DNA of 64,000 nucleotides from Octopus vulgaris (Eukaryota), in contig OX597817.1 of assembly GCA_951406725.2 (NCBI GenBank), positions 37,076,001-37,140,000 on the forward strand, in the 5' to 3' direction. Made by a program: the position numbers and the translations under genes. Shown here piece by piece: positions 27,170 to 41,178 of this stretch. Every line of letters begins with the position of its first letter. The stretch's first letter is position 1. Below the pieces are notes generated by a model. It worked only from the letters and a program-made list of their open reading frames with translations, did no database searches and was not told the origin of the DNA.

Positions 27170-27588
27170 AAAGTGAAAGTATCTGACATAAAATAGAGAA
27201 ATGTTTTTGTTTCACTTTTAACATGTAATACTGAAATAGTGGAGAAGATATGATATTGCTATGGGCTCGCCCTAGGAAAGAAGCTGAACTTTTTTTTGCC
27301 CATGAAACTACATGGACCCTAAGTAAAGCATGTGTAAAATTTGAATGAAATTGGTTGTGTAGTTCTCAAGTTTTAGGGAATCGTAGTGGAGAAGATATGA
27401 TATTGCTGTGAGCTCGCCCTAGGCAAAAAGTTAATGATTTTTTTTTGCTGATGACACTCCCCGGACCCTAAGTAAGGCATATGTGTAAAATTTGAATGAA
27501 ATTGGTTGTGTAGTTCTCAAGTTTTAGGGAAGCACACAGACAGACAGACAGACAGACAGAAAGACACACATTCTCAGTTTTATATAGA
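27170..27588 (-). mobile_element. Non-autonomous Helitron-like element 5' part with two ~145-bp internal tandem units
   Basis: The minus strand starts A|TCTATATAAAACTGAGAATGTGTG, then (TCTG)n and ACTACACAACCAATTTCATTCAAATTTTACAC, an organisation like Lep1-type Helitrons. Tandem units lie at ~27238-27382 and ~27384-27531. The 3' CTRR end was not confidently located. Confidence 0.6.
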
Positions 27589-27612
27589 TATATATATATA
27601 TAGTCCGTATAT

Positions 27613-27735
27613 AGCTGTATCGGCAGTTGCCTTTCCCTTGGATATCACTGGTGGCGTGGAGAGGGGAGGCCGGTATGCATGGGTGACTGCTGGTCTTCCA
27701 TAAACAACCTTGTCCGGACTTGTACCTGTGAGGGT

Positions 27736-27740
<5 letters not shown>
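27613..27740 (+). mobile_element. Internal fragment of SINE family E
   Basis: Near reverse complement of 25996-26123. Confidence 0.88.
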
Positions 27741-27786
<46 letters not shown>

Positions 27787-28355
27787 GGTCATATATGGAG
27801 CCATTTTCCAACTAAATGTGCATACATATACAGGTACGTGTGTGTGTTGTTGCTGTTGCTCTTCATTTTTGAAGTTCCAATAAGGATATAGGGTGATACA
27901 CATGCACTCAGTTACGAGTGCACTGCTTTTGATGCAGACACAGTTATAAGTTAATTAAGTTCAGGATATAATTTCTCATTCCATTGTCATTTATTTAATT
28001 TCTTATTACTGCTCTGTACTCGACTAACGCATTTTAAAAATGTTAATGGACCATCTGTATAAGACCAGGTTATTAGTATCGCTATGTTTAACCGAAATAA
28101 TTATATACACTCACACATAATTTCATAGAATTTAATATAGTAATTTGCTACTAATTATTTGACGTTGAAGAATTAGGGAGCAATTTAGAAGTTAACATTC
28201 TGAACAGCTATTATGACATAATGTCATTTGCGTTTCTATTTCCAAAATAGTTAACTTAATTCACCAGTAAGAAAACATTAGTACTAAATTATAAACTCTT
28301 ATTCCATTCAAGAATGTTAAGCATTTCTTCATCCATTTTATTATAAGTGCACAAA

Positions 28356-29445
28356 GGCGACGAAATGGCGCAATCGTTAGCAAGCTGACGAAATGCTTAA
28401 CGGTATTTCACCCGTCGCGGTGAGCTGGCAGAACCGTTAGCACGCCGGGCGAAATGCGTAGCCGTATTTCGTCTGCCGTTACGTTCTGAGTTCAAATTCC
28501 GCCGAGGTCGACTTTGCCTTTCATCCTTCCGGGGTCGATAAATTAAGTACCAGTTGCGCACTGGGGTCGATGTAATCCACTTAATCCGTTTGTCTGTCGT
28601 TGTTTGTCCCCTCTGTGTTTAGCCCCTTGTGGGTAATAAAGAAATAGGTATTTCACCCGTCGCGGCGAGCTGGCAGAAACGTTAGCACGTCGGGCTGCTG
28701 TTATTTCGTTGCCGGTACGTTCAAATTCCGCCGAGGTCGACTTTGCCTTTCATCCTTTCGGGGTCGATAAATTAAGTACCAGTTACGCACTGGGGTCGAT
28801 GTAATCGACTTAATACCTATGTCTGTCCTTGTTTGTTCCCTCTGTGTTTAGCCCCTTGTGGGTAATAAAGAAATAGGTATTTCACCCGTTGCGGCGAGCT
28901 GGCAGAAACGTTAGCACGCCGGGCGAAATGCTTAGCAGTATTTCGTCTGCCGCTACGTTCTGAGTTCAAATTCCGCCGAGGTCGACTTTGCCTTTCATCC
29001 TTTCGGGGTCGATAAATTAAGTACCAGTTACGCACTGGGGTCGATGTAATCGACTTAATTCTTATGTCTGTCCTTGTTTGTCCCCTCTGTGTTTAGCCCC
29101 TTGTGGGTAATAAAGAAATAGGTATTTCGCCCGTCGCTACGTTCTGAGTTCAAATTCCGCCGAGGTCGACTTTGCCTTTCATCCTTTTGGAGTAGAGTAA
29201 ATCAGTACCAGTTAAACATAGGGATCGATGTAACCGACTCATCTCCTACCCCCAAAGTTGGTGCCCTTGTGGCAAAATTTGAAACCATTTGGGAGTATTG
29301 TTAGCATGCCGGGCAAAATGCTTAGCGACATTTCGTCCGTCTTTATATTCTGAGTTCATATGCTGCTGGGGTCGACTTTCATCCTTTCGGTGTTTAGCAC
29401 TTCCAAAATATTTCAGACCTTGTGTCTATAGTGGAAAGGACTATT
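28356..29445 (+). mobile_element. Tandem/nested array of SINE family C (three full units inside an older copy, plus a further degenerate copy)
   Basis: Units at 28402-28646, 28647-28875 and 28876-29120 are each delimited by a GGTATTTCACCCGTCG-like sequence. The interrupted older copy resumes after 29136. Confidence 0.93.
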
Positions 29446-30459
29446 AAAGAACGCACGCGCGCATGGCCACACGCGCACGCGCGCGTGCAGCTAGGTTTCG
29501 TTGCCAGATTTCTTTCACAAGGCATCAATCAACCCGAGTCTTCAGTAGCCATACCTGCCCAAGGAACTGTGTTGTCGGATCGAACGTTAAAGCATATTAT
29601 TGCTAAAATTAACTTCTTAACGTTATAGCTATACCTGTGCCTGTTAAAGCATATTTTAGTTCACAACCTATACTATACTAATTACTATAAAATGATACAG
29701 TTCGTTGGGTACTCAATCAGTTCTGTTTCATTCACTGCACTCATTGCTTTTCTAAAACACATTTGCATTAGGCATAAACATACTAATATGTGAAGATGGA
29801 TAAAAACTTGTACAGAGTAGGCCAGAAGTACGCACTGAACCATTTGACGTTTTATCTGTATTACATTATTTTTCTCATTACTATGTGCGATATATATTAC
29901 ATGAGTTTTAATCTTGGTGCGTCAGTTTTGGTACACTCGCTATAATCTGTTCCACCGACTTGAGAACACGTTGGAAACATTCTTATAGTTCTCAGAGAAA
30001 TGAAATGAAAAAAAGAAATTAACGCAACTGTGATTCGAGCCTAGAACAAAGGGAATTTAAACTTTCCACCGTAAGCTATTTGATACGGCTTTCAATCATT
30101 CGTTCACGCCTCTTCGCTCGTCTCATTTTAGCGATTAATTTATTAATACATAGATTCTAGCAAAAATAGAATAAACCGGTAATTGGATGGTTCTTCTAAA
30201 TGACATACACGTCTAAACGTTTACCTAAGATGGCGTTTCTTAAATTTATCGAAACGAGGAATTTTAGGCACCAATTATCTGCAAATGTAAAAAAAACTAT
30301 AAAAAAATGTTTCCGTGTAAATAACTCACAAAGAATGTACCAGAAGCGCTGATAATAAGTGAGCTACGTCAATGTATCAATTTATTCTTTTTTCAATATG
30401 AGATACTTCTAAAATACATTGATCGATAGTAAAGCGTCAGCGACTTTGTTGAGTGATGT

Positions 30460-30708
30460 ATATACATACATGCACACACACACATACACACACATATATA
30501 TATATATATCAATACATACATATAGAGAGTTTGATAGATAATACACGTGCGTGTGTGTGTATATGTGTAGATATATGTCTATATATATATATGTGTGTGT
30601 GTGTGAACATATGTATATGCATTGTGTAAATACACATACACAAAAAATACTCATACACATACTCATACTTTCTTCCATATATGTGTGTGCACATGTGAGT
30701 GATTATGT

Positions 30709-30739
<31 letters not shown>

Positions 30740-30908
30740 ATATATATATATATATATATTTAGGGGTGTGTCAGTACTGTTGTGTATGTACAATTATTTA
30801 CGCATACATGAATTTATTAAAACGCGTTTCTGCTTATATAAGTACCTCCTATAGGTTGATGTGTCAATGTATGTTCCAGGATGGAAAGGTTGTCTATGCA
30901 TGCTTATG

Positions 30909-30985
<77 letters not shown>

Positions 30986-31130
30986 GAATGTATGTTTATG
31001 TATACATATATACACACACACATATATATACACATGAATATATGTATATGTATACTTATATATATATGAGTGTATAGTTGAATATAACTAAACGTTTGTG
31101 TGTGCGTGTGTCTGTCTGTCTGTCTGTCTG
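30460..31130. repeat. Interrupted (TA)/(CA)/(TG)/(TCTG) microsatellite cluster
   Basis: Seen directly. Confidence 0.9.
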
Positions 31131-31619
31131 TGCCCTTTTCATGTCATTGCTATGACTAATAAATATTTTACATAGAATATATCCACAAGAGACACGCTGT
31201 ATATCCTAAAGCAATGATTTCAACGATTCCAAACGTCACGTGAAAGGGAGCGTGCTGGCAAAATGCGGAAAGGCGTACTTCTATGTATAATTTGCTAGTA
31301 CTTCTTGATTTTGCATCTGTAAGCTTCAAATATATTAGAGAGAGGACAAGAGTAAGAGAGTCTATATATATTTCCCTTTTAGTATCGGTAAGATTAATTT
31401 TTGCTTTTATAAACATAGATGTGGTACACATTAAGGACGGAGTATATAAGTGTATTTGTACATCAGTTAAACATACACACACACATATATGTTACGAATT
31501 GACCTATTATTGAGTATTGTCATTGCTTGTTTTATATGCGTGTGAGTGTACTTGTTTGTGCGTAAATACACATGTATACATACATATATGTATTAAAAAC
31601 AAACAGAAAGAAGTATTGG

Positions 31620-31735
31620 CATATATATATGTACATATTTACATATATATTTATATATATATATATATACAGCTATATATATTTATATATGCAGATATAT
31701 ATATGTGTGTGTATATATATATATGTGTGTTTGTG

Positions 31736-31772
<37 letters not shown>

Positions 31773-31867
31773 ATATATATATGTGTGTATATATATATAT
31801 ACATATACATATATATATATATATATACACACGCACACAGATATATATATATATATTTATATATATA

Positions 31868-31901
<34 letters not shown>

Positions 31902-31910
31902 CATACACAC
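31620..31910. repeat. Compound (TA)n/(TG)n microsatellite
   Basis: Seen directly. Confidence 0.9.
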
Positions 31911-33666
31911 TAATGCATACAATATATATACGTATATGTGTCGCATGTGTATGCGTGCTAGCTTGCGTGTGTACGTGTGCGATTTTGAGTGTATATGTGT
32001 ATGCGTGTTTTTATGTAGGTATCTAAAAATTTGTATATCACATAATTTCCAATTTAAAGACTCAAGTCTAACGCCGGGAGAGACATTTTGCGCATCGGCA
32101 TTGTGGGTTATTGCATTTAGTTTTGTTTACTGATAAAAACATAAAGCAAAAAACAAAAACTACAACAGCATCAACAACAACAACAGTAAAGAATAATAAA
32201 ATATAAGCGTAGCAAATGGAAAACGACAGTTAATCATTTATATTAACATAAGTAAATATTTTCGAGAGTAGATGGCGCTTCATCAAATCTAGAATAAGTA
32301 GTGTTTAGAGAGAAAAAAAGTATGAACAACAGAAGAAAAAAAAAACAGAAAATCGAGATACAATAAAAAAAAAATGGTTTTCCTGTTGTGAAAATTGATT
32401 GACGTAAATTATAACCTCGTGACAAAATACTTATTCATCTTATTTTCCTTGTCCTGCTTTGTATGGTAGAAGGATTAAAACCCAATTTCGATTTTTCACG
32501 CACAAATTTAATGTACCTCGTTATTAATGCCAGTTAGCTTTCATTCGGGTTATTCTTCTTGTCATTTTTTGTTGTTGTTGTTGTTGTCGTTTTCTCCTTT
32601 CCTTCATCTTCATGTCATTCCTGTAAGTCTAAGTAGTAGAATATCGACCATATATCGCTCTAGAATTGTGTTGTGTTGTTGATAACTTCTCATTTGAGAC
32701 TTTGTTATTATTAGAAATTAAACCCCTTCTTTGCTCGAGTAGGAAAACTCTATATTCAGTTCTTTTGTCGCTCGTATTATTGTTTATTTAAAGACTTTCA
32801 TCTACTACTTACCCTGTGGTTACTCTGACCTAGCCAGTAAGATAGCATACTTATAAGAAGGGAAAACAATTACGTAAATTGGCTAAACGTATTATGGATC
32901 GAAAAGAAAGATAAGAATAGTAACTCATACGTTACTTAGTCAAGACAATCAGATAATTCAGTCATTTTGTTATAAAGAAATCCAAGCAAACTTATGGACA
33001 GCTTCAGGTTTAAATATAGTGCGTCTTATTTGGTCATTGTACGGAATAAAAGTCAGCTAACCACAGAAAATTTCATCATTAAAAATGTATCAAATGTACC
33101 TAAATTTAGAAGCTATTTACGATAGAAATAAATATAAAGAAATGAAATACTATAAAGATATCAAGATATGGGTTTATCTTATCAGTATTAACGCTGTATT
33201 TAAATAGAATAATATACATCTTGTTTGTCTCTTAATAATCTTACAGACGTTGCGCAATCTCTAGTAGGTATCTTTAAAAGATTTAGACTTGGTGTAATTT
33301 TGGAAAATCTGTAATTGCGAAAATAGTAGCAAACTGTTAGTAATTTTCCATTATTCCAATGTCCAAATTTGAAAACTATTTTATATTTGTAAGCAATTAG
33401 ACAAACATATGAGAATTTTCAGTGATATTCCTTCTGAAATTCTAAGCCGAATCCAGTAAATAATCGCTGAAAGGCGACGGTCGAAACCTAGAATATATAT
33501 TACTAATATTACTAGAGTTAACAGCAGTGTATGAGAATTTATAACTCAGATATGTTTCGGCCAAAGATTGGCCCAGATCATGTCTGACTTAAAAGCACTA
33601 TCTTATAGGACCTGTTAAATCATTTTAAGACACGTTTTGTGGTATCATTGCCCATTTAAGTTGGCA

Positions 33667-34067
33667 GGTGTAGGAGTGGCTGTGTGGTAAGTAGCTTGCT
33701 AACGAATCACATGGTTCTGGGTTCAGTCCCACCGCGTGGCATTTTGGATAAGTGTCCTCTACTATAACCTCGGGCCGACCAAAGCCTTGTGAGTGGATTT
33801 GATAGACGGAATCTGAAAGAAGCCTGTCATATACATATATATATATATATATTTGTGTGTGTATATGTTTTTGTGTCTGTGTTTGTCCCCCACATCGCTT
33901 GACAACCGATGCTGGTGTGTTTACGTCCCCGTAACTTAGCGGTTCGGCAAAAGACACTGATAGAATAAGTACTAGGCTTACAAAGAATAAGTCTTGTGGG
34001 CGATTTGGTTGACTAAAGGCGGTGCTCCAACATAGCCACAGTCAAATGACTGAAACAAGTAAAAGAG
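33667..34067 (+). mobile_element. SINE family B (full length)
   Basis: GGAGTGGCTGTGTGGTAAGTAGC head through the CAGTCAAATGACTGAAACAAGTAAAAGAG tail. Confidence 0.92.
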
Positions 34068-34290
34068 TTGAGTCAGATGTATTCAGGTAGAGGCGACTTA
34101 TCTGGTGTCCCTCGAAGAAATTTGTCCAGGTTTCGTTTGAAGGTGATGGGAATTTTTTCTTTGTTTATTTGTTTTGGGACAATGTTAAATAGAGCAGAGC
34201 CTATGGAAGAAAGGAAATTGTGTTGCAGTGAATTGGTGTGCTGTGATCCTGTATTGTGCGGAGGGCCTATGGCACGCTCCGCTTGAATAC
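34068..34290 (-). mobile_element. 3' end fragment of a CR1/L2-group LINE ORF2
   Basis: NFLSSIGSALFNIVPKQINKEKIPITFKRNLDKFLRGTPDKSPLPEY matches the C-terminal pattern G..LFN.LP..I....FK..LDKFL...PD.P..P.Y. Confidence 0.7.
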
Positions 34291-34811
34291 TATACAACAA
34301 AAACATTTCTGTATCCTACAACTATGAAACACTACAAATGTTCACGAATTTATTCTCAGTTTTATTTCGGATTCCATTAAAACAGTATAATGCATCCTTC
34401 ATCAGAATTTTAAAATTATCAATGTTGGAATATAGGATGGTTAAAAAAATTGCTTTAGAGGTATATCAATGAAAGATATATATTATCAACATCAACGAAG
34501 AGAATAAATTTAATAGAGGGTTGTGTAATTTTTCAAAATATTTATTCACTTTTTAATTACCATTTAAATGAAATAAGCATACAAATCATAAAAAGTGATC
34601 AAATAGACAAGCATCATAAAGTTTTGCTAACCATCACGTTATTTCAACCATGTTGTTTATACACATTTTAAAAATTAAAATAACGTTGAAAACTCAAGCT
34701 CATCCATATTTTCCCTCATAATTGTAACTGTAAAAACCTTTTTCTTCTTCTTCTACTACACAAACACACATACACGCACGCACACACTCTCTTTTATAAA
34801 CCAGTTTTCTG

Positions 34812-34863
<52 letters not shown>

Positions 34864-35127
34864 TAAAGTTAATCCAAACATCAAAACATATATATATATA
34901 TATATACATATTCACACACACAGAGATGTATCGCAACTTGGTGAAGCTATTTATACCGATAATCCGTTGCATTGAAAGATTAATGGTTGTCCCACAAATG
35001 TGAGACTTATCACACAATGCAACCTTTGATTTTTATCGATCCCAAAGTGCGAGAGGAAAATCGAGAACGGCAGCTACTTACTGATGGACAAAAACAGGAG
35101 GAAACAGAAGAGCCACAAACCATATAA

Positions 35128-35186
<59 letters not shown>

Positions 35187-35419
35187 CATATACACACACT
35201 TAGGTATGTATGCAGGAAGAATGAAAATTTCTGTGGATGAAAAATTCAAAGGAATATACTTTTCAAACCAACATACTTTTATTCTATTTATATATGGATA
35301 TTTGATATCGTTATTTACTTTAGGGACATATATTAGCTATTATCCACACAAATTCATTCGCATACACATCTTTTATACATGAATGATGAAATTTGGATAC
35401 GTACATAAATAAACATACA

Positions 35420-35480
35420 TCCATTCATACATATATATCTGTATATATATATATGTATATATATATTTATAAATAAATAA

Positions 35481-35523
<43 letters not shown>

Positions 35524-35649
35524 AATAAATAAATATATATTTATAAATAAATAAATATATATATGTATATATATATATATTTATAAATAAATAAATATAT
35601 ATTTATAAATAAATAAATATATATATGTATAAATAAATAAATATATATT

Positions 35650-35691
<42 letters not shown>

Positions 35692-35699
35692 ATTTATAA

Positions 35700-35766
<67 letters not shown>

Positions 35767-35788
35767 TATATAAATAAATATATGTATA

Positions 35789-35819
<31 letters not shown>

Positions 35820-35830
35820 ATGTATATATG
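35420..35830. repeat. Complex AT-only repeat: (TA)n with recurring TTTATAAATAAATAAA units
   Basis: Seen directly. Confidence 0.9.
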
Positions 35831-36244
35831 CCTACGTATTGTGTTTGTGTGTATTTGCACATATATGACCTTAATTCAATATGTCTGCGTTACTCTATTA
35901 GAAGATGCCAATTTTCAGGACAATAAAGAAGTAGAATGGAATGTAGAAAACCATCAGCCCGGAACTCACAAGTGCTCGCGCGCGCGCACACACACGCACA
36001 CAGACACACACACACACACACATAAACGTTCACGTACACAAACACCTCCTTATCCATATTCACATATGCGCACACATCCCCACAAATATAAGCACATAGT
36101 CACATACATACAAGCGTATATTATATCTTATATCTATATGTTCGTTTACACGTGTGTGTGTATGCATACATATTTGTGTGTGTGTGTATTTGTATGTATG
36201 TATGTATGTATGTATGTATACACATAACATTTATAGATAGGTAG

Positions 36245-36284
<40 letters not shown>

Positions 36285-37147
36285 TGAAAGACAGAGAGGA
36301 AGATTTGTAGATTGGTGAGTATTTAAGTAAGTATGTAGGTTGGTAGGTAGGTAGGTCGTAAATAAAATTCGAATAGTAATGTGAGGTTTCTCTTTGTCCC
36401 GGAACTAATCTAGACTCCACTAGTTGCTTTCCGCGTCCAAGACACGTTCCAACGTATTGTTATCGCTCCATTGATGAGTTGGAATGACTGGCTACATCCC
36501 TCCCTTTTCAGTATCTCCGCTGCTGTCATCACCGCCGCCACTTTTACCCCTTTACTGGGAACACATCAGAAGTAATCTCACCACCGCCAACAGCACTTTC
36601 ACCACTTTCGCTACTATCGCCTCCGCCGCCTGTCAAAGTCAACATTTCAACTACCAATATTAATGCGGTCGCTACTATTTCTTCTAACCATTTACAAATA
36701 CGATGCCACCGTCTACATCACTAAAATCACCATTGTCAACACTGTGGCCGTTATCAGCTGGCTATTCTCTTAACATTACAATAACTATCGACAGAGCTAT
36801 CTCCGACGTAATTCCAACAAATACCATTACTATCACGACAATGAAAAGATCCACATGGACGCCATTTTTACATTATTCCTCTCTTCTGATGTCTCATCAA
36901 CAACAACAGTAACTATAGCACTAGCATCAATAGGAACATTACCAAAACTACATTTTTCTAATTTTTTTTTTATCTAGTTTGTTATTTGGTTCGTTTTTCT
37001 GTTCCTACAAAATAGGCAATCACTTAAACGGTAAATTGCCCATAAGATTTGCCACACTTTCGTGTCCTACTGCACTACCAAGCTGTACATTAGATGCAAT
37101 TAAAGGGCTATTATCTCACAAATTCATTGCCGTAACAAACTGCATAC

Positions 37148-37178
<31 letters not shown>

Positions 37179-37344
37179 GAGTATACACATGGTGGACCCA
37201 CGTGCATACACATGCATAGACATGAACCTACTGAGATAGTTATGTACATCATTTTTTTTTTTTTTCCCTCTTTTTTTTTCTTCTGTCTATATTTCATCTT
37301 TTTTTTTTTTCGCCACTTCTCCAAATATTCTTCTGTCAGATATT

Positions 37345-37779
37345 TTACCTTTTACTTGTTTCAGTTATCAGACTGCGGCCATGCTGGGACACCGCGTTGG
37401 GGAAGTTTTAGCTTGGGGAATTAACTTCATTACTTTTTGTTTAAAGACCTGTACTTATTCCATCGGCTCTTTTGCCGAACTGCTAAGCCAAGAGTGTTGT
37501 CAAGCGTTTGTGGCAGACAAACAGAAACACAAACACACCCATACACATTCACACACACCCCAAACCAACCAGCCAACCAACAACACACACCCACACCCAC
37601 ACATATATATATATCCACGCCTGACTTCTTTCAGTTTCCATCTACCATATCTACACACAAGGCTTTCGTCAGCCCGATGCTATAGTGAAAGACACTTGCC
37701 CAAGGTCCCATGCAATGGATTGAAACAGGAATAAGGTGGTTTGGAAACAAGCTTCTTATCACACCGCCACGCTTACCCC
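37345..37779 (-). mobile_element. Diverged SINE family B copy
   Basis: TTTTACTTGTTTCAGT..CTGCGGCCATGCTGG..TTTGCCGAACTGCTAAG..AAGACACTTGCCCAAGG. Confidence 0.85.
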
Positions 37780-38212
37780 TTAACATATGCTGAATTTCTT
37801 GGCTTAAATTAACCTCTTAGTCTTTATTTCTCTATCATTTCTCGATTCTTACTAAAAGATTCCATGCCAACCATGCAATGCCATTTTTCTGCTGCTACTC
37901 TCATCAGCAATATATTTACTTACGATAAATATTCTTCACTTGTATCACAACTTTATAAATCAAATAGATCATCACAGGGTTTCTTGTTCTCGATGTTAAA
38001 CCCCAGAGCAGTCCTAATCATGTAGAATTGTAATCACGAGCTTTCTAACCACAAGCATTCTTCCTTACATAGTTCGTCACAGACCGCATTACATAAATTC
38101 CCCACGCTTTTTTTCAAAGAGGACGGGATGTGACCAGAGAATAGGCATTGGTTGTAGCATATCGAATGGTCACGTTGACGCATTTCTAAAAGTATAGTCA
38201 ATGCCAGCATAT

Positions 38213-38510
38213 TTTTGTTTTATTTATGCGCCCTTTTCAAGCTTAGCCAGGCTCATGGGGCCGGTTTCCCGGTTTCTATGGCGTATATGTTCCCCCCAGC
38301 TGGACGCCAGTCTATCGCAGCGTTACTCAAGAAACTGGAAGAAAGAGTGAGAGAAAGTTGGGGCGAAAGAGTACAACAGGGGTGGCTACCACCTTTTGCC
38401 GGAGCCTCGTGGAGCTGTAGGTATTTTCGCTCAATAAACACACACAACGCCCGGTCTGGGAATCGAAACCACGAGCCCGCTGCCCTAACTACAGGGCCAT
38501 TGCGCCTCCA
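38213..38510 (-). mobile_element. tRNA-derived SINE family D (V-domain-like) with 14-bp TSD
   Basis: Head TGGAGGCGCAATGGCCCTGTAGTTAGGGC..GGTTTCGATTCCC. The central CTGCGATAGACTGGCGTCCAG resembles the V-SINE domain. TSD CAATGCCAGCATAT at 38199-38212 and 38511-38524. Confidence 0.9.
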
Positions 38511-40048
38511 CAATGCCAGCATATGGTCACTCACAATTACTCTAACATAATTGATTAGCGTATTTGTTTGCTGTCACACTATAATAATTCTGCGGTAGTA
38601 GTTGGCCATCAAGAAGCAAAAAGGATGTAAGGACGATTGCGTCCATTCTTTGAACTGAGGTAAGAGGTTCAATACCTCATTTTGTTTTGTTGGAAAAAAA
38701 AGAGTTGTTTTCGGGAAGCAGCAATTGGCGGGTGTTGTCTGCTTCTCCCACCAACCATTTTTTTCATTCCATTATCATTGTGTCTTTATCCAGCCCGCAG
38801 CTTCTTCATCTTTGCAAGGCTGCAGAGCCAATTTTATAAAATAAAGAAGCAAACATTATGCAAGTTAGGAGAAAGGAAACTAATGTAAGTTGTTTCTCTG
38901 TCACTCTTGATTGGGTTACCAAACAGCTGAGCTTAAAAGAACTTCTATGAGACTAAATTATATGATCCCAACCGAATAATATGCATCTCTTACAGACACA
39001 CACACACTCCAAATATATATGTGTGTATGTGTAAAGTTTCTCCTCTTATCATGGAGAAGAACAGAAAAATGTAGTGGCTATTATTTTTGTCTTCTGAGAA
39101 AAATGGGATGTAATTTCAAGAAATTAAGAAAAAGTTAAGTAGTAGATTTGGCCTGCTAGAGAAAGAACAACGTAATCTTTGTAACCAAAATGATAGTTAT
39201 GGCCATACATGTGAGTGTGAGATAGAAAAGGAACGGAATTAAAACAAGATATTACACACATAACATACATATAAAGACATGGATCTGTATAAATATGTAT
39301 ATATTTATGTTAGTACACGTATGTGTGTGTATGCGTAGGTTAGGGTATTAACATAAAACAAAAATACAGAAGAGAGCTGAAGCTAAAAAATACACGTTGT
39401 TTTATATAAACAAAATTTGTTTCATATAAAAACATATACATACATGCACAGAAAAAGCTTCAAAAGTTATAGAGCTATAAATATTTTATTATTACCTCAA
39501 AGTAAGGGTAAGAGCGAGTAAGAGAGAGAAATACTAACATAGGTAGGAGGATAAACAGATGGTCAGACAGACACATAAATACACTGGAAAATGTCTAAGA
39601 AATAGAGAGAGGAGGAGAAATATAGATACTGATGTAATTCATATGATTCTGCTGATGCGGATAATAGCGATAAAAAAGTGTCATGTCTCTGAGCTGGCTA
39701 AAATATTGCAACTTATGTAATGAATAGATCTGATTTTATACGGTAGGGAGAATATGTATAAAGTGTGGTTGTTTGTAATAGATGCTGCTCCAGATAGTGA
39801 CATATTTCAGTAGTGTGATGCTTAATAAATAGAAATCTTATACTGATCTAACTATTTATATTCCAATGACCTTTGCTAATATATGTATACAACCCTCGTA
39901 CAGTCATCTGTTTACTCGTATGTATTTGTATATGTGTGTGTATATATAATTTTGTCTCCGGTGGAGCTGAGTCAAGCTGCACTTAGAAAATATAAATCCT
40001 TCCAAATGTGTTTGTTGATCGCTACATTCGTTCGTTCACCAAGTCGTG

Positions 40049-40086
<38 letters not shown>

Positions 40087-40421
40087 ATGAGTTAGAGGTT
40101 AAGAAACCGTCTAAGGGATATTAAATATCCAATATACTACTGGATGTGAACCTAATTATTTATAACCAAGTGCTTACGATTGCATGGTAGTATCGCAATT
40201 GAGTATTAGGTATGGGTGAGGATAAATTAGAAATTAACCCAGGATTTATATGGCAAATAAGAAAATGGAGAGGACATACAATCGACAAACATCAGCCAGT
40301 AAACATTCAGTTATATCTATTTATTAAATGATTATAAACATATATGTGAGTGATACAAATTTATGAATGACCACTTATCTATTATGACCACTCATCTATT
40401 AATATTCACGTGCGTGCGTGC

Positions 40422-40453
<32 letters not shown>

Positions 40454-40595
40454 CTGTTTATGTAGTTATTGACTTACTTCATTCATTAATTTGTATCACT
40501 CACACATGTTTATAATCATTTAATAAATAGATATAATTGAATGATTAATGGATCATGTTTGTCGATTGTATATCCTCTCCATTTTCTTATTTGCC

Positions 40596-40688
<93 letters not shown>

Positions 40689-41178
40689 AATGAAAACACT
40701 ATTATTTTTCCGTCAGCTACTTATTCTTGTTGGTGTTGTTATTGCAATGTTACCTAACAAACCATTCACTTTCCATTCAGCGATGATTGTCACGAACTCG
40801 AACTCTGATTGTGTACCATATTTCTTCTTCTCTGTATCACAATAAAACTACAAATTCACCATTTGTCAACAAGTAGGCACAGTTGAAGTAAAGTTACCGA
40901 TTTAAATTTCAGCAAGAATTTAATTTTTATTTAAGCCAAGCATCTTATATAAGGAATGGTTCGGTGATTAAGAAGCTCATTTCACGTTCACATAGTTCTA
41001 GTTTCGAACTCATTGCCAGTCACACTGGGCAAGTGTTTTCTATCATAGCCTTGGATCAATCAAGCTTTATAAATGAAACTGTATGGAAGTATTTCCTCAT
41101 TGTGCTTTTCGTAAATAGCTGTAAGCTTCGATCTTATTCTCTGTTTCAAATGAAGTAAGGACGTTCACGAAACCTATC

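Noticed and set aside
28402-29136. CRISPR-like repeat-spacer pattern
   Set aside because: The 16-bp repeats are target-site-like duplications and the ~230-bp spacers are homologous SINE copies; the context is eukaryotic with no cas genes.
33465-33495. Hammerhead-like fragments here and at ~19740/19850, ~52822 and ~59310-59340
   Set aside because: Only part of the core is present and helices I/II do not pair convincingly.
35070-35120. Polypyrimidine-CAGTAAGT on the minus strand (a similar one on the plus strand at ~10311)
   Set aside because: The AG and GT overlap by one G, so this is not a canonical AG|GT recursive site, and there is no supporting exon.
36500-36910. Thr/Ser/Pro-rich mucin-like coding potential (also 9770-9910 and 52440-52550)
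   Set aside because: Decayed trinucleotide repeats (ACC/ACT/ATC) interrupted by stops, with no splice structure.
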